From a virus, in IMG/VR virus record IMGVR_UViG_3300049173_000078, positions 15,509-79,508 of that record: a stretch of 64,000 bases of DNA; one strand, given 5' to 3'. Every line of letters starts with the position of its first letter. Position 1 is the first letter of the stretch. The position numbers were made by a program, and so were the translations under genes. This document shows, one piece after another, positions 16,891-26,351 of the stretch. The notes under the pieces were generated by a model. That model worked only from the letters and a program-made list of their open reading frames with translations, was not told the origin of the DNA and made no database searches.

Positions 16891-17486
16891 CGCTGCACCC
16901 CCGGCCAAGCCGCCTTTTCGACGGCGGCGCGGTGCGCCTTGGGCATGTCGGTGATGGGATTCCCGAGCCAGTCACGGCCAGCGGCCATGAGCGTGACGCC
17001 GTCGGCGGCGTTGTCGTTTCCGCCGGTCTGCCACTGCGGCCACCGACGGGCGACGGCGTCCACAACGGCCGTTTTCGCTCCCGTGCCCTTGCCTGTGGCG
17101 TACAAGATCCGCTGATTGGTCGACACGAGCCCGAGGGGAATGCCCTCGTCGGTGATCCACTCGTAGATCCGCCACCACAGCCAGCCGCGCTCGTGAGCAC
17201 CGCCGCCGGCCCGCGACAGGGCGGCCGTCTCCATGACGGCGAGGTCGGGGTGCCCGATCGCCGCCGTCACCGTGTTGAGGATGCGGCGCATCTGGACGAG
17301 CCGCTCCCTGTGGGGGAGCTTCGTGATCGGGTTCTTCTTGTCGTCGTAGCCGATGACCCGGCACCAGCCCTCGGACGACGCGAGACCGGTCGCCTTCAGG
17401 GACGTGTCGACGCCGACGACGCGCGGCCCGTCGGGCACGTCGGCGCCCGGCTCGGGCTGCGACGCGAAAATGTTCAGGTTGATCAT
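16887..17486 (-). CDS. RuvC-like Holliday junction resolvase
   Basis: VVGVDTSLKATG, VME, YATGKG..K, DNAADG. Confidence 0.85.
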   Translation of the reverse strand: MINLNIFASQPEPGADVPDGPRVVGVDTSLKATGLASSEGWCRVIGYDDKKNPITKLPHRERLVQMRRILNTVTAAIGHPDLAVMETAALSRAGGGAHERGWLWWRIYEWITDEGIPLGLVSTNQRILYATGKGTGAKTAVVDAVARRWPQWQTGGNDNAADGVTLMAAGRDWLGNPITDMPKAHRAAVEKAAWPGVQR

Positions 17487-18181
17487 GCGTCGGCCTCCCC
17501 GTTCATCCAGCCCTCGGGCAGCGGCGGCGCGAGCTGGAGGCGCGTCAGGACCAAGTCGTCGGCGTCGTTGACGCGGCAGTTCGCGCGCGCTTCGAGGAAT
17601 CGATTCGGCAGCTCCTCGGGAGCGAGGCCGGTCGACGTGGTGAGCTGGTCGAGCAGCACCGTGACGGGCTCCTCGACGTGCCAGCCCACGACGACGACGC
17701 GCGCCGTCCGCGTCGTGAGGTCGACCGCCTCGATCTCGACCGGCGTCGCGAACCGGTGCTCGGTGCGGGCCGTGATGTACCGGCGTCCGGCGTCCGTGAT
17801 CCGCGGCGCCTGCTGCTCGTCGACGGTGACGTAACCGCGGGCCCGCAACGTCCGCAAGAACCCGCCCGGGTCGGTGAACGACTCGCACGCCGTCAGCGCG
17901 CGAAGGATGTCCTCGGCCTGCTCGGGCATCGGGTTCTCGGTCGCGTGCTTCGTGATCCGAATCATCTCGGCGCGCCAGGCGTGCGTGCCGCGCGTCGTCG
18001 GCGCCGAGCACGGGCAGCCGGCGACGGCGACGGTCAGTTCGGCGGGAGTGTGCGCCATGCACTCGCCGACGTTCAGCCGGCCGCGCTCGCACAAGACGGC
18101 AGTGCAGCAAGCGCAGTTCGGGCACGGCTCTTGAGCGGCTCTCAACTGCTCGGGGGCGGTGGGGTCGAGGGTCTGTGTCAT
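17483..18181 (-). CDS. Hypothetical protein with Cys-rich N-terminus
   Basis: CPNCACCTAVLC; coupled. Confidence 0.7.
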   Translation of the reverse strand: MTQTLDPTAPEQLRAAQEPCPNCACCTAVLCERGRLNVGECMAHTPAELTVAVAGCPCSAPTTRGTHAWRAEMIRITKHATENPMPEQAEDILRALTACESFTDPGGFLRTLRARGYVTVDEQQAPRITDAGRRYITARTEHRFATPVEIEAVDLTTRTARVVVVGWHVEEPVTVLLDQLTTSTGLAPEELPNRFLEARANCRVNDADDLVLTRLQLAPPLPEGWMNGEADA

Positions 18182-18384
18182 CGCGTCCGTCCAGGGGTTT
18201 CGTGCCCGCAGTTCCAGCAGCGGCGAGAGCCGTCGGCGCTGATCGCGTGCGCCGTCGTGCGCTGCTCGCGCGGGCAGGTGTCGAAGTCGGCGAGATCGGC
18301 GTCCGCCGGGATCTCGTGGAACGGCTCGGCGCCGGTCGGGTGAAGGCGGCCTCGTACGGCGGCGAGCAACGCCGCGCCGGTCAC
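18178..18384 (-). CDS. Small zinc-ribbon-like protein
   Basis: C...H...CWNCG; GTGA overlap. Confidence 0.55.
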   Translation of the reverse strand: MTGAALLAAVRGRLHPTGAEPFHEIPADADLADFDTCPREQRTTAHAISADGSRRCWNCGHETPGRTR

Positions 18385-19115
18385 TGCCCGGCCGCCTGTC
18401 GCGGCCTGGGAATGAGCGGCCAGCCGAGCCGTACGTCGAGCGCCAGATGTTCCTTGCCGGGCGTCGTCGCGAAGTGCTCGCGCAGGTCCTCCTGCTGAGT
18501 GAGCGCCCATTCGACCTGTTCGGCGTGGAGCTCCGCGGGCGTCCTCCGGGCGAGCCACCGGTACCGGTTCGCGATCTTCCACGCGACCGCACACGCCGCT
18601 TTCGCGTCCTCCTCGGGCGTGTGCGCCCCGTTGAGGTCGACGACGTAGTGACGGCACAGGTCTTCGAGCGTCCGGCCGCCGCGCCGGTACCGGTCTACGC
18701 GCTTGTCGAGGACGCGCGGGTCGATGACGGTCGGATCGGCCCGCTCGTACAGCGTCGGCAGCCCGAAGCGGCGCGCCTCGCGGTCGAGGATCGTCAGGTC
18801 GAACGGCGCGTTCATGATGACCAGCGGCCAACCGGCGTTGGTGGCCTCGACGAGCGCCGTCAGGATTTCCTCGACGACGGCCGCCGCCGGGCGGCCCGCA
18901 CTGCGGGCCGCCTCGGTGGTCCACCCGTGAACCGCCGTCGCCTGGAGCGGGATCTCTTCGCCGTCGACGTCCGACACCCACGTTCGGGCGTCGGTCTCCC
19001 GGCCGCCGCCGTAGCGGACCACGGCGGCGGACACAATGCGAGCCGTCTCGACGTCGGTCGACGTCGTCTCAAGGTCGGCCCCGACCAGGGGTCGACGGTG
19101 CCAGGTGAGCGACAA
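18381..19115 (-). CDS. DnaQ-like (DEDDh) 3'-5' exonuclease
   Basis: DLETT, VHG, NAPFD, HTPEED motifs. Confidence 0.9.
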   Translation of the reverse strand: MSLTWHRRPLVGADLETTSTDVETARIVSAAVVRYGGGRETDARTWVSDVDGEEIPLQATAVHGWTTEAARSAGRPAAAVVEEILTALVEATNAGWPLVIMNAPFDLTILDREARRFGLPTLYERADPTVIDPRVLDKRVDRYRRGGRTLEDLCRHYVVDLNGAHTPEEDAKAACAVAWKIANRYRWLARRTPAELHAEQVEWALTQQEDLREHFATTPGKEHLALDVRLGWPLIPRPRQAAGQ

Positions 19116-19119
19116 GGTC

Positions 19120-20112
19120 CTACCGCCTCTTGTTCCGGTCGCGGTTGCGGCGCCGCGGCTTGGCACGGCCACGGCCGGCGCTCGCCTTGCGCGGCAGGGT
19201 CCGCGTCGTGGTGATGTCCTGCGACGCCTCGGCCGCCGCGGCGGCCCGGCGGGCGTCGGCCTCCCACGCCGCCGCCTCGGTGTCGACGACGGCGAGGATC
19301 TGCGGGCGGCCGTCCTCGGCGGCCTGCTCGACGGCGGCCAGGGCGCGCAGCTCGGCCGACGTCGGGACGAGCTTCGCGAGCCGGCGGATCGCCGTCTTCA
19401 CCCACATGTCGTCGAAGCGCAGGTGCCAGAACGAATCCTTCGCGCCGGTCTGCTCGGCCCGCTGATACGCCTTGCTGAACTCGTCGCGGGTGTCCTCGGC
19501 CTGCTCGCGGGTGACGATCGAGACCGCCGAGCGAACGCCGCCGTCGAGCCACGCGAAGGCGTACGCGAACAGCGGTCGTCCGCGCTCCTCGGCGGGCGCC
19601 AACAGCGCAGGCCGATGTGTGAAATCAAGCGGCGCGGGCGCGGTGGGCTCGAAGGTCCACTCGTCGCCCTCGTAGACCAGGCCGGTCACGACCGACTTCA
19701 CCAGGCCCGAGCGGTACATGAGCTCGACGTAGCCGCGGTATGTCGGGATGAACACCGCGGTACGGTCCTCGGCCGTGATGACGGCCTGCTGACCGTCCGG
19801 CAGCAGCCCGAACCGGGCGCACGTGATGACGCTCTGGAGGATGCTCGCGGGGGTGCAGCGGCCGATCAGGTTCGGCAGCACACCGCGCACGACGGCGAGG
19901 AACGTACGAGCGTCGATGTGCTGCGGAAGGGCGGCCTCGACGTCGTGGCCGTACCGTCCGAGCCACTCGGCGAACGACGCCGCCGCCTGCTCGTCGTGAC
20001 CAGCGGGCGTCTCCTCGGCGCCGTCGGCGCGGCTGTGCTCGACGTCCTCGGAGGCCGTGGCACCGCCCGACGTCGCCGCTTTCACGCGGTCCTTGAGAGT
20101 GGACAGGGCCAT
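19120..20112 (-). CDS. recT: RecT-family single-strand annealing recombinase
   Basis: CTPASIL....CARFGL, YRGYVELMYRSG, DDMWVKTAIRRLAK. Confidence 0.9.
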   Translation of the reverse strand: MALSTLKDRVKAATSGGATASEDVEHSRADGAEETPAGHDEQAAASFAEWLGRYGHDVEAALPQHIDARTFLAVVRGVLPNLIGRCTPASILQSVITCARFGLLPDGQQAVITAEDRTAVFIPTYRGYVELMYRSGLVKSVVTGLVYEGDEWTFEPTAPAPLDFTHRPALLAPAEERGRPLFAYAFAWLDGGVRSAVSIVTREQAEDTRDEFSKAYQRAEQTGAKDSFWHLRFDDMWVKTAIRRLAKLVPTSAELRALAAVEQAAEDGRPQILAVVDTEAAAWEADARRAAAAAEASQDITTTRTLPRKASAGRGRAKPRRRNRDRNKRR

Positions 20113-20114
20113 GG

Positions 20115-21218
20115 TCACAGCTCCTTCGCGGGGACGTAGAGCACGCGGGCGCGGTACTGCTCGTACGTCTTGGGCTCCTCGGTCTTGAGCCGCTCGACGT
20201 CGAGGACCTCGACGGTCGTCGTGTACTCCTTGGCCATCTCGGGCTTCTCGGTCTTGAAGCGCTTCGCGGCGAAAGTGCCGTTCTGCTTCCACGTCCAGGC
20301 GACGGACTTCCCGACCTTCGCGATCTCGGCGGACTCGCTGATCAGTCGCATCTCGTTCTCGACGGTGGTCAGTTCGTTGTCGAGCTTCTTGATCTGCTCG
20401 CGCAGGTTCGCCCGGTACGCCCGCAGCCCGCGCGCCTTCTCCGGGTCGACCTCGACGACGTCACCGGTCTTGGCCTGCCACAGCCGGCCGAGGAGTTCCT
20501 TCGTGGCTTCCAGCCCGTCGGCGGGCGGCGGGAAGCCCTCGACGACGTGCCGCTGATACCAGTCGCCGCAGTAGCCGACGAGGTACGCGATCATCTCTTC
20601 GTCGCGCTCGATGCGGTGGTAACGCAGCTTGTTGCCGCCGACGAGCGCGGCGACCCACGCGTACGACCAGCCGCCGACCGCCATGTACCAATGGGCCTGA
20701 AGGGCGGGCGCGTCGGGAACGCCGTCCTCCCACTCGTCGAGCTGGTATTCCGAGCGGTTCTTCAGCTCGACGGGCGCGACGACTGCCCCGGTCTCGGGGT
20801 CGAGCGCGTACCGGTCGACGTTCGCGCGCATCCACTCGTGCTCAAGGTTCACGAGCGTTCCGGGCGTCTCGACGGCGGGGACGCCGGACCGCTTCGTGAA
20901 CAGGTACGAGACGAAGTGCTCGATCTCCTGCCCGATCTCGGCGTACTCGCTGAGCGCGGCGTCCGCTTCGAGCTTCCGGCCGTGCTTGGCCTCGAAGACG
21001 TGACGCGGGCCCCGGTATTTGTCGAGGCCGAGGATCGCGGCGACGTCGCTGCCGCCGATGCCGCCGCGGCGGGCCTCGTGCCACTGCTCCTCGCTCGCGT
21101 CGGCGGGCAGCAGCAGGCGAGCGGTCGGCGCGCCGAAGGCGAGGTCGCGGATCGACCCGGGCGCGACCTTCTCGATCGGCTTGGGAATCCACGGGGTTTC
21201 TGTAGCCTGTGCGGACAA
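20115..21218 (-). CDS. YqaJ-like (lambda exonuclease family) recombination exonuclease
   Basis: W..ARRGGIGGSDVAAILG, ANVDR, ELK, Q..WYM. Confidence 0.9.
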   Translation of the reverse strand: MSAQATETPWIPKPIEKVAPGSIRDLAFGAPTARLLLPADASEEQWHEARRGGIGGSDVAAILGLDKYRGPRHVFEAKHGRKLEADAALSEYAEIGQEIEHFVSYLFTKRSGVPAVETPGTLVNLEHEWMRANVDRYALDPETGAVVAPVELKNRSEYQLDEWEDGVPDAPALQAHWYMAVGGWSYAWVAALVGGNKLRYHRIERDEEMIAYLVGYCGDWYQRHVVEGFPPPADGLEATKELLGRLWQAKTGDVVEVDPEKARGLRAYRANLREQIKKLDNELTTVENEMRLISESAEIAKVGKSVAWTWKQNGTFAAKRFKTEKPEMAKEYTTTVEVLDVERLKTEEPKTYEQYRARVLYVPAKEL

Positions 21219-21295
21219 CGTTCCTTCTCTCAGACGTTGGTACGTGGGGACTCGGGGCCGTGGAGCTGTGCGAGAGCTCGCGGTCCCGATCGCCG

Positions 21296-21613
21296 TCAGG
21301 ACTCGACGGCGGGGTTCGACTCGACGGCAGCGGCCGATGCCCGCCGTTCCTTGGGCGCCATCTCGGGCGCGCCCGAGTGCTTCGCCTCCAGCGCGACGAC
21401 GGGGCAGTTCAGCGCGGTCGCGATCAGCGCGAGCTTCTCGGGAGTGGCGTTGCGCCGACCGGCCTCGATGTCGCACATGAGCTGTTCGCTGAAGCCGCAT
21501 TTCTCGGCGAGCGCGCGCTTCGTCAGCCCGGCGCGTTGCCGGGCGAACGTCACGGACTCGGGAGCGTGGTTGAAGGGGGCACCTCTGCGGCGCCTGGTGG
21601 GGCGTTCGCTCAT
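21296..21613 (-). CDS. Cro-like XRE HTH regulator (probably leaderless)
   Basis: ARQRAGLTKRALAEKCGFSEQLMCDIEAGRR; first gene of the leftward operon. Confidence 0.85.
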   Translation of the reverse strand: MSERPTRRRRGAPFNHAPESVTFARQRAGLTKRALAEKCGFSEQLMCDIEAGRRNATPEKLALIATALNCPVVALEAKHSGAPEMAPKERRASAAAVESNPAVES

Positions 21614-21616
21614 GAT

Positions 21617-21648
21617 TGCAACGTAGTGCGTAGTGCTGCGCAGTGCAA
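21617..21648 (-). promoter_or_regulatory. Early promoter TTGCAC-N17-TACGTT with phased TGCG(C/T)AGTGC operators
   Basis: -35 at 21648-21643, -10 at 21625-21620, ATG 6 nt later; 10-mers at 21627 and 21637. Confidence 0.65.
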
Positions 21649-21761
21649 CACCGTGTGCACCATGACGCGCAGTTCCGTACTTACGCACTAGTGCGCCCCA
21701 CAGGCGCCAAACTGCGCGATCGTGTAGCGCGCGAGTGCGTAGTTATGCGAACCTGAGCCGC

Positions 21762-22244
21762 ATGGATGCGCAACCAGAAGAGCCACCGGCCGAGGCCGCG
21801 CTCATCAGGAGAGCTCTCCGCCGAACACGGCCACGGCTATCCGGGCGTGAAGCGGCGAGGAGAGCCGGACTCAGCGAGACCCGTTGGCGACAGATCGCCA
21901 ACGGCTTTCAAGAGGTAGGCAAGGGCGTCCGCGTCGCCACTCAGGCGCCGGACGAGACCCTCGTCCGCGTGGCACAGGTGCTCGGCATCACCTCGGCCGA
22001 ACTCCGTGAAGCCGGCCGCTCGGAAGCGGCAGACCTGCTCGACGAACTCGCCGGGCCGCCGTCCCCGGCGAGCGCGCCGGGGACGGTCGCCGGTAATCCG
22101 CAAGTCGACGCGATCGCAGCCCTTCTTGCGACTCTCCCCCCCGAGGCGCAGGACGAGGTCCTGCGACGGGTCGGCCTCGCCGCTCCCGCGCCCACACACG
22201 GAGAGGAGGAGGCACCCAGCCGCCGGCGTCGCCGGGCTGGCTGA
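21762..22244 (+). CDS. Immunity repressor (XRE HTH)
   Basis: LSGREAARRAGLSETRWRQIANG; divergent from cro. Confidence 0.75.
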   Translation: MDAQPEEPPAEAALIRRALRRTRPRLSGREAARRAGLSETRWRQIANGFQEVGKGVRVATQAPDETLVRVAQVLGITSAELREAGRSEAADLLDELAGPPSPASAPGTVAGNPQVDAIAALLATLPPEAQDEVLRRVGLAAPAPTHGEEEAPSRRRRRAG

Positions 22245-22336
22245 CGGCATCACGAGAACGTAACGAACTAGCGGGAACCGCCTCAGAGTTAACAAACTGT
22301 CACAGGATGCCCCACAAGCTAACAACAGGGGGCAAA

Positions 22337-23128
22337 GTGACAGACGTCCTGCTAGCCGGTGTCCTCGGCGCGGCGGTCCTCGCGATCGTCCTGCTTGCCC
22401 GGTCCGTCCGGAGACTCGCGGAGCAGACCAACCAGCTCCGCGCCGAGGTCACGGCCCAGAAGATCGCCGCGCTCCAGCAGCGCGCGCCCGCACCTGCGCC
22501 GGTCGACGAGGAACCCGAACCCGTCCGTCGGAAACGTCACCTCGCGCTGTACATCGGCGGTGGCGTCGCCGCCTTCCTGACCTCGCTCGGCGAACGCCTG
22601 CGCGCCATGGTGAACCAGCACCGCAGAGCGGCGGCCGCCGGGACCGTCGTCGTCGTAGCCGCCGCCTCGACCGCCGCGGCGCTCTACCTCACGAACGATG
22701 CTCGCCCGGAGACGGGCGGCACACATCCGCTGATCACAGCCACCGACACACCCGGCGACGATGCCGACACCCGCGACCAGGCGGCTCCCGTCGCGCACAC
22801 TTCCAGCGTCGGCCCTGACGCGGCCGCCGATCAGGGACACAGCATCGAGCAGCGGCACGGCAGCCCGTCGCCCACTCCCAGCCCGAGCAGCGCGCAGGAA
22901 CCGGACACCAGCGCCTCACCGAGCCCGGCTGAAACCGGACTAGACGAGCCGTCACCGCCGGTTAGTGCAAAGCCGACCGCAACGCCGACGCCGTCAACCC
23001 CGGACAGCAGCACGCCAGTTCCGGAGCCGTCGAGTGGCGGGCAGACCGGCGACGGCGGAGAGCAGGAAGACGACGGCGACTGTGTCATACGCATACACGT
23101 CCCGCCGCTCGCCGACCTGTGCGTTTGA
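22337..23128 (+). CDS. Membrane protein, paralog 1
   Basis: TM, AEVTAQKIAAL, RRKRHLALYIGGG, second TM, P/T/S-rich tail. Confidence 0.7.
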   Translation: MTDVLLAGVLGAAVLAIVLLARSVRRLAEQTNQLRAEVTAQKIAALQQRAPAPAPVDEEPEPVRRKRHLALYIGGGVAAFLTSLGERLRAMVNQHRRAAAAGTVVVVAAASTAAALYLTNDARPETGGTHPLITATDTPGDDADTRDQAAPVAHTSSVGPDAAADQGHSIEQRHGSPSPTPSPSSAQEPDTSASPSPAETGLDEPSPPVSAKPTATPTPSTPDSSTPVPEPSSGGQTGDGGEQEDDGDCVIRIHVPPLADLCV

Positions 23129-23341
23129 ACTCCCCCTGGAAGGAAGGGGATTGGGGGCTACCGTCCGGAAGCCCCCTGTCCTCCCGCGAGCGCATATACC
23201 GCCGGTAACGCCGATCAGTACCGTCCGGACGGTATACGGCTGGCGTTTTTTCGTCACGCACGGTTGACGTGTTTGCATCTCATAGTGAAAGAATCGAGAC
23301 TGTAGAGGCGCATTTGAGCCTGTGTCACATAGGGGGCTGGC

Positions 23342-24166
23342 GTGGACGACGCCGTACTAGCAGCCATCTTGACCGTGTTGGCGGTGATACTCGGGGCAGC
23401 CCTGCTCGCCGTGTTCCTGCTGTACAAGGGATGGAGAAAGAATCAAGCACAGATCACCCGGCTACACGCCGAGGTGACAGCAGCCAAGATCGCTGCTCTA
23501 TCCATGCCCGCGCAGTCCGTTGCCGACAGAGCAGCGACCGCACCGCCCCTCGCCGCCGTCCCCGACCTGGACGACAACGAGGACGAGGGCGAGGACGAGC
23601 CAGACGGCCAACCAACCCGGCGTAGACGACATCTGTCCCTCTACCTCGGCGGCGGCGGAATCGCCGCCTTTCTTTTTCCCCTCGTAGAAAGCGCTCGCCC
23701 TCGCAAGGCGGCCGCGTTCGCCGCGACGGCCGTCTCAGTTGCCACCCTCAGCGGAGGAGCCGTCTACCTCACCCCGTACGAGGTCGACCCCGGGACGGGC
23801 GTGCAGAACCCTTCGGCGACCGCCACGGACCGCGACGACCTGAACAGCCAACGGACGGCGCAAGACGTCAGCACCGGCTCGGACAGCACCATCGCGAACC
23901 GCCGCCCGCTCCCGACCGACGAACCGACGCCGACGAGCGCCGCATCCACCGACGGCGGCACGACCGACCAGCCCGCCGAGCAGCCGACCGCGAGCAGCGC
24001 CGAACAGCCGCCGACCGCCGAGCAGACGACGCCGGCCCCGCCGCCCGGCCAGGAGGCGCAGCCGGGCCGCACGCCACCCGGCCAGATCGACAACCCCGGT
24101 CAGGGTCGCGGTCGAGGCAACGGGAACGGCAAGAGCGACGAGTGCGACGGCGACGAGTGCCCCTGA
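23342..24166 (+). CDS. Membrane protein, paralog 2
   Basis: TM, AEVTAAKIAAL, RRRRHLSLYLGGG, second TM, P/T-rich tail. Confidence 0.75.
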   Translation: MDDAVLAAILTVLAVILGAALLAVFLLYKGWRKNQAQITRLHAEVTAAKIAALSMPAQSVADRAATAPPLAAVPDLDDNEDEGEDEPDGQPTRRRRHLSLYLGGGGIAAFLFPLVESARPRKAAAFAATAVSVATLSGGAVYLTPYEVDPGTGVQNPSATATDRDDLNSQRTAQDVSTGSDSTIANRRPLPTDEPTPTSAASTDGGTTDQPAEQPTASSAEQPPTAEQTTPAPPPGQEAQPGRTPPGQIDNPGQGRGRGNGNGKSDECDGDECP

Positions 24167-24183
24167 GGGGCACATAGCCTGAA

Positions 24184-24219
24184 ACGACGAAGGGCCCCGT
24201 TACCGGGGCCCTTCGTCGT
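24184..24219. terminator. Bidirectional hairpin terminator
   Basis: Perfect 16-bp stem ACGACGAAGGGCCCCG / CGGGGCCCTTCGTCGT with 4-nt loop. Confidence 0.85.
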
Positions 24220-24361
24220 GTTCGCGCCTCGCTGGGCGCGATCTTGCGCTTCGGGCGAGCATCGGGCGAGCAGGTGATCTTGGGCGTGTCGGCGCGCTGC
24301 CCGCCCGGCCGGAGGATGCAAGGTTATTGCAGGTCAGAACGGTACTGCGTCGCCTTGCCAA

Positions 24362-24415
24362 GGTGGGGCGGGTGGGACTCGAACCCACGGCCGACGGATT
24401 ATGAGTCCGCTGCTC
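24362..24415 (-). other. attP core: 3' portion of tRNA-Ile(CAU)
   Basis: GAGCAGCGGACTCATAATCCGTCGGCCGTGGGTTCGAGTCCCACCCGCCCCACC holds the anticodon arm, T arm and 3' acceptor strand, but no 5' acceptor strand or full D arm. It lies just downstream of int and is flanked by TGCAGGTCA at 24328 and 24471. Confidence 0.85.
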
Positions 24416-24631
24416 GCACGCCGTCGCCCGTGACGTCTACTGTCAGCCTGTGCGAACCAGTGTCGAACAGTGCAGGTCACCGGCCCTTTCCGACGTCCGA
24501 GCGTATCGCCTTCGTGTTGCCTGGTGATGGCTGCTGTCGGCGACTTACAGCGCGTACGGGCGAGCACGGGGCGAGCAGACGCCCCGCGCGACCTGCGACG
24601 ATGCGCCTCGCTGGTCTGCTCGCCCAGCACC

Positions 24632-26278
24632 TTACGCCGCCGCCTGGTCGTCGTCGTCCTGCTCGTCCGGCTCGTCGTCCGCGGGTTCCGCGTCGTCCGC
24701 CGGCTCGTCGCTCCTCGCTCGCCGGGCGCGCGGCACGAGTCCCGCTGCTTTTTCCGCGATGCTCCGGTCGACGTCCTCCAGCAGCTCCGTGTAGGTGTCT
24801 GACGTGAGCTGGCCCGATGCGTGCCGCAGTGTCTTCTGTACCGCGAAGATGTCGCCACCGCCCGCATGAACGAGGGTGGCCGCAAGGTGCCGCAGGTCCC
24901 GGAGATTGATCGGCGGCAGCCCGATCCGCTTGTAGATCCGCCGGAACTCCTCCGACACCTTCTCCGGGTGCAGCCACGTCCCGTCGACGTCGACGAACAC
25001 CTTCCCCGTGTCGACCCAGTCCGCGACGTCCTTCCCCTTTGCCCGCTCGGCGGCGGCGTGCCGGTTCCAGTCGTCGCGCTCGGCGAGCTGCCGCGCCCGG
25101 TGCTCGCGCAGTACGGCGACGTTCAGGGAGTCGAGCGCGATCGTCGCCGCCGACTCCTCCGTCTTCGGGGTGTCCTCGTACACCTGCCAGTTGTCGACGA
25201 CGAGTTCCTTCGCCGGGGTGAGGAGCCCGCCGTCCAGGTCGACGTACCGCCAGGGCTGCCCGACGCCCTCGCCGCGGCGCAGGCCACGGAAAGCGATCAG
25301 GTGGAAGAAGGCGTACAGCCGGCTCGACTCGGCCTCGTCGAGGAACACGCCGAGCTGCTCGGGCGTCCACACCATGACCGGACTCGGCTTCTCGCCGGTC
25401 TTCTGCCAGTGCTCGACGTGCAGTTGCGTCCACAGCTTCGCCTTGGGCCGCTTGCCCGACTCCAGCTCGACCCATTCGGCCGGGTTGAACGTGATCAACT
25501 GCTTTCGGATCGCGGCGTTCAGCGCGGCCCGGAGCGTCGCCCGGATCCGTTGCTTCGTCGCCGGTCCAGTAATGTTCCGGTACGGCGGCATCGCGGCGAG
25601 CTTCTCCCGCTCGGCCGCTAGGCGCGCGGACACTTCCGGCGACGGCCGGCCGCCCTTCGTGCCGGGCCTCCAGCGGCAGAGCGCTTCTTGCTCGCGGCGC
25701 GCAGCGTTCTCTGCCCTGATGACTTCGTTCTGATCGTCGATCGCGTCGAAGAATGCCTGTACGTGGCTGACCGTCAGCCGGTCGATCCGGTACGGCGCGA
25801 GGCCCGGCTTCAGGTGCACGCGGATGTGCGACTCGTAGCCGCTCGTCGTGCGCCGCTTCGTCTTCTTCGCCGACAGCCACGAGTCGAGCCAGTCCCCGAC
25901 CGTCATATCGCTGCTGAGGGCCACGCCCGCGAAGAGGCGGCGCTTCACCTCGGCGACGTCCGGGACCGGCGCGCGGTCGCGCATCACCTGCGCGAGGAGG
26001 TCGCTCACCTTGTGCCCGAACTGCTCGTCGTCGTCGACGAGATCGAGGATCGCGCGGACCTTGTCGAGGTCGCCCTGTGCGTCCGTGACTTTCTCGTACC
26101 CGGTGCGGCGGAAGATGCGCCGTGTGCCGTCTGCCGCGGCGGGCAGTTCCTGCCGCAACTGGTAGGTGCCGTGGTTGCGCTTCGCGAGCTGCGGGCACTT
26201 CTGCCCGAGCCGCTTAGCGTCCTCCCCCCGGCACTCGCACCGCCTCGTAATGCCGCCTGCACGCCGTGCACCGGCCAT
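24632..26278 (-). CDS. int: Tyrosine integrase
   Basis: GLRRGE, RDLRH, LRH...TSDTY catalytic boxes; Cys/His N-terminus. Confidence 0.95.
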   Translation of the reverse strand: MAGARRAGGITRRCECRGEDAKRLGQKCPQLAKRNHGTYQLRQELPAAADGTRRIFRRTGYEKVTDAQGDLDKVRAILDLVDDDEQFGHKVSDLLAQVMRDRAPVPDVAEVKRRLFAGVALSSDMTVGDWLDSWLSAKKTKRRTTSGYESHIRVHLKPGLAPYRIDRLTVSHVQAFFDAIDDQNEVIRAENAARREQEALCRWRPGTKGGRPSPEVSARLAAEREKLAAMPPYRNITGPATKQRIRATLRAALNAAIRKQLITFNPAEWVELESGKRPKAKLWTQLHVEHWQKTGEKPSPVMVWTPEQLGVFLDEAESSRLYAFFHLIAFRGLRRGEGVGQPWRYVDLDGGLLTPAKELVVDNWQVYEDTPKTEESAATIALDSLNVAVLREHRARQLAERDDWNRHAAAERAKGKDVADWVDTGKVFVDVDGTWLHPEKVSEEFRRIYKRIGLPPINLRDLRHLAATLVHAGGGDIFAVQKTLRHASGQLTSDTYTELLEDVDRSIAEKAAGLVPRARRARSDEPADDAEPADDEPDEQDDDDQAAA

Positions 26279-26351
26279 GTTCCCTCCCTATCGGCCTGTC
26301 GGGTGCTCGCCCTCACACGGGCCGCGTCCACGCCCCGACTAGCCGCAGACC

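Noticed and set aside
24362-24440. Complete phage-encoded tRNA
   Set aside because: The 5' acceptor strand and D arm are missing; it fits an att core better
24880-24910. Integrase inactivation because HxxR reads RDLR
   Set aside because: The first His of the box is known to be variable, and the other catalytic residues and the ORF are intact
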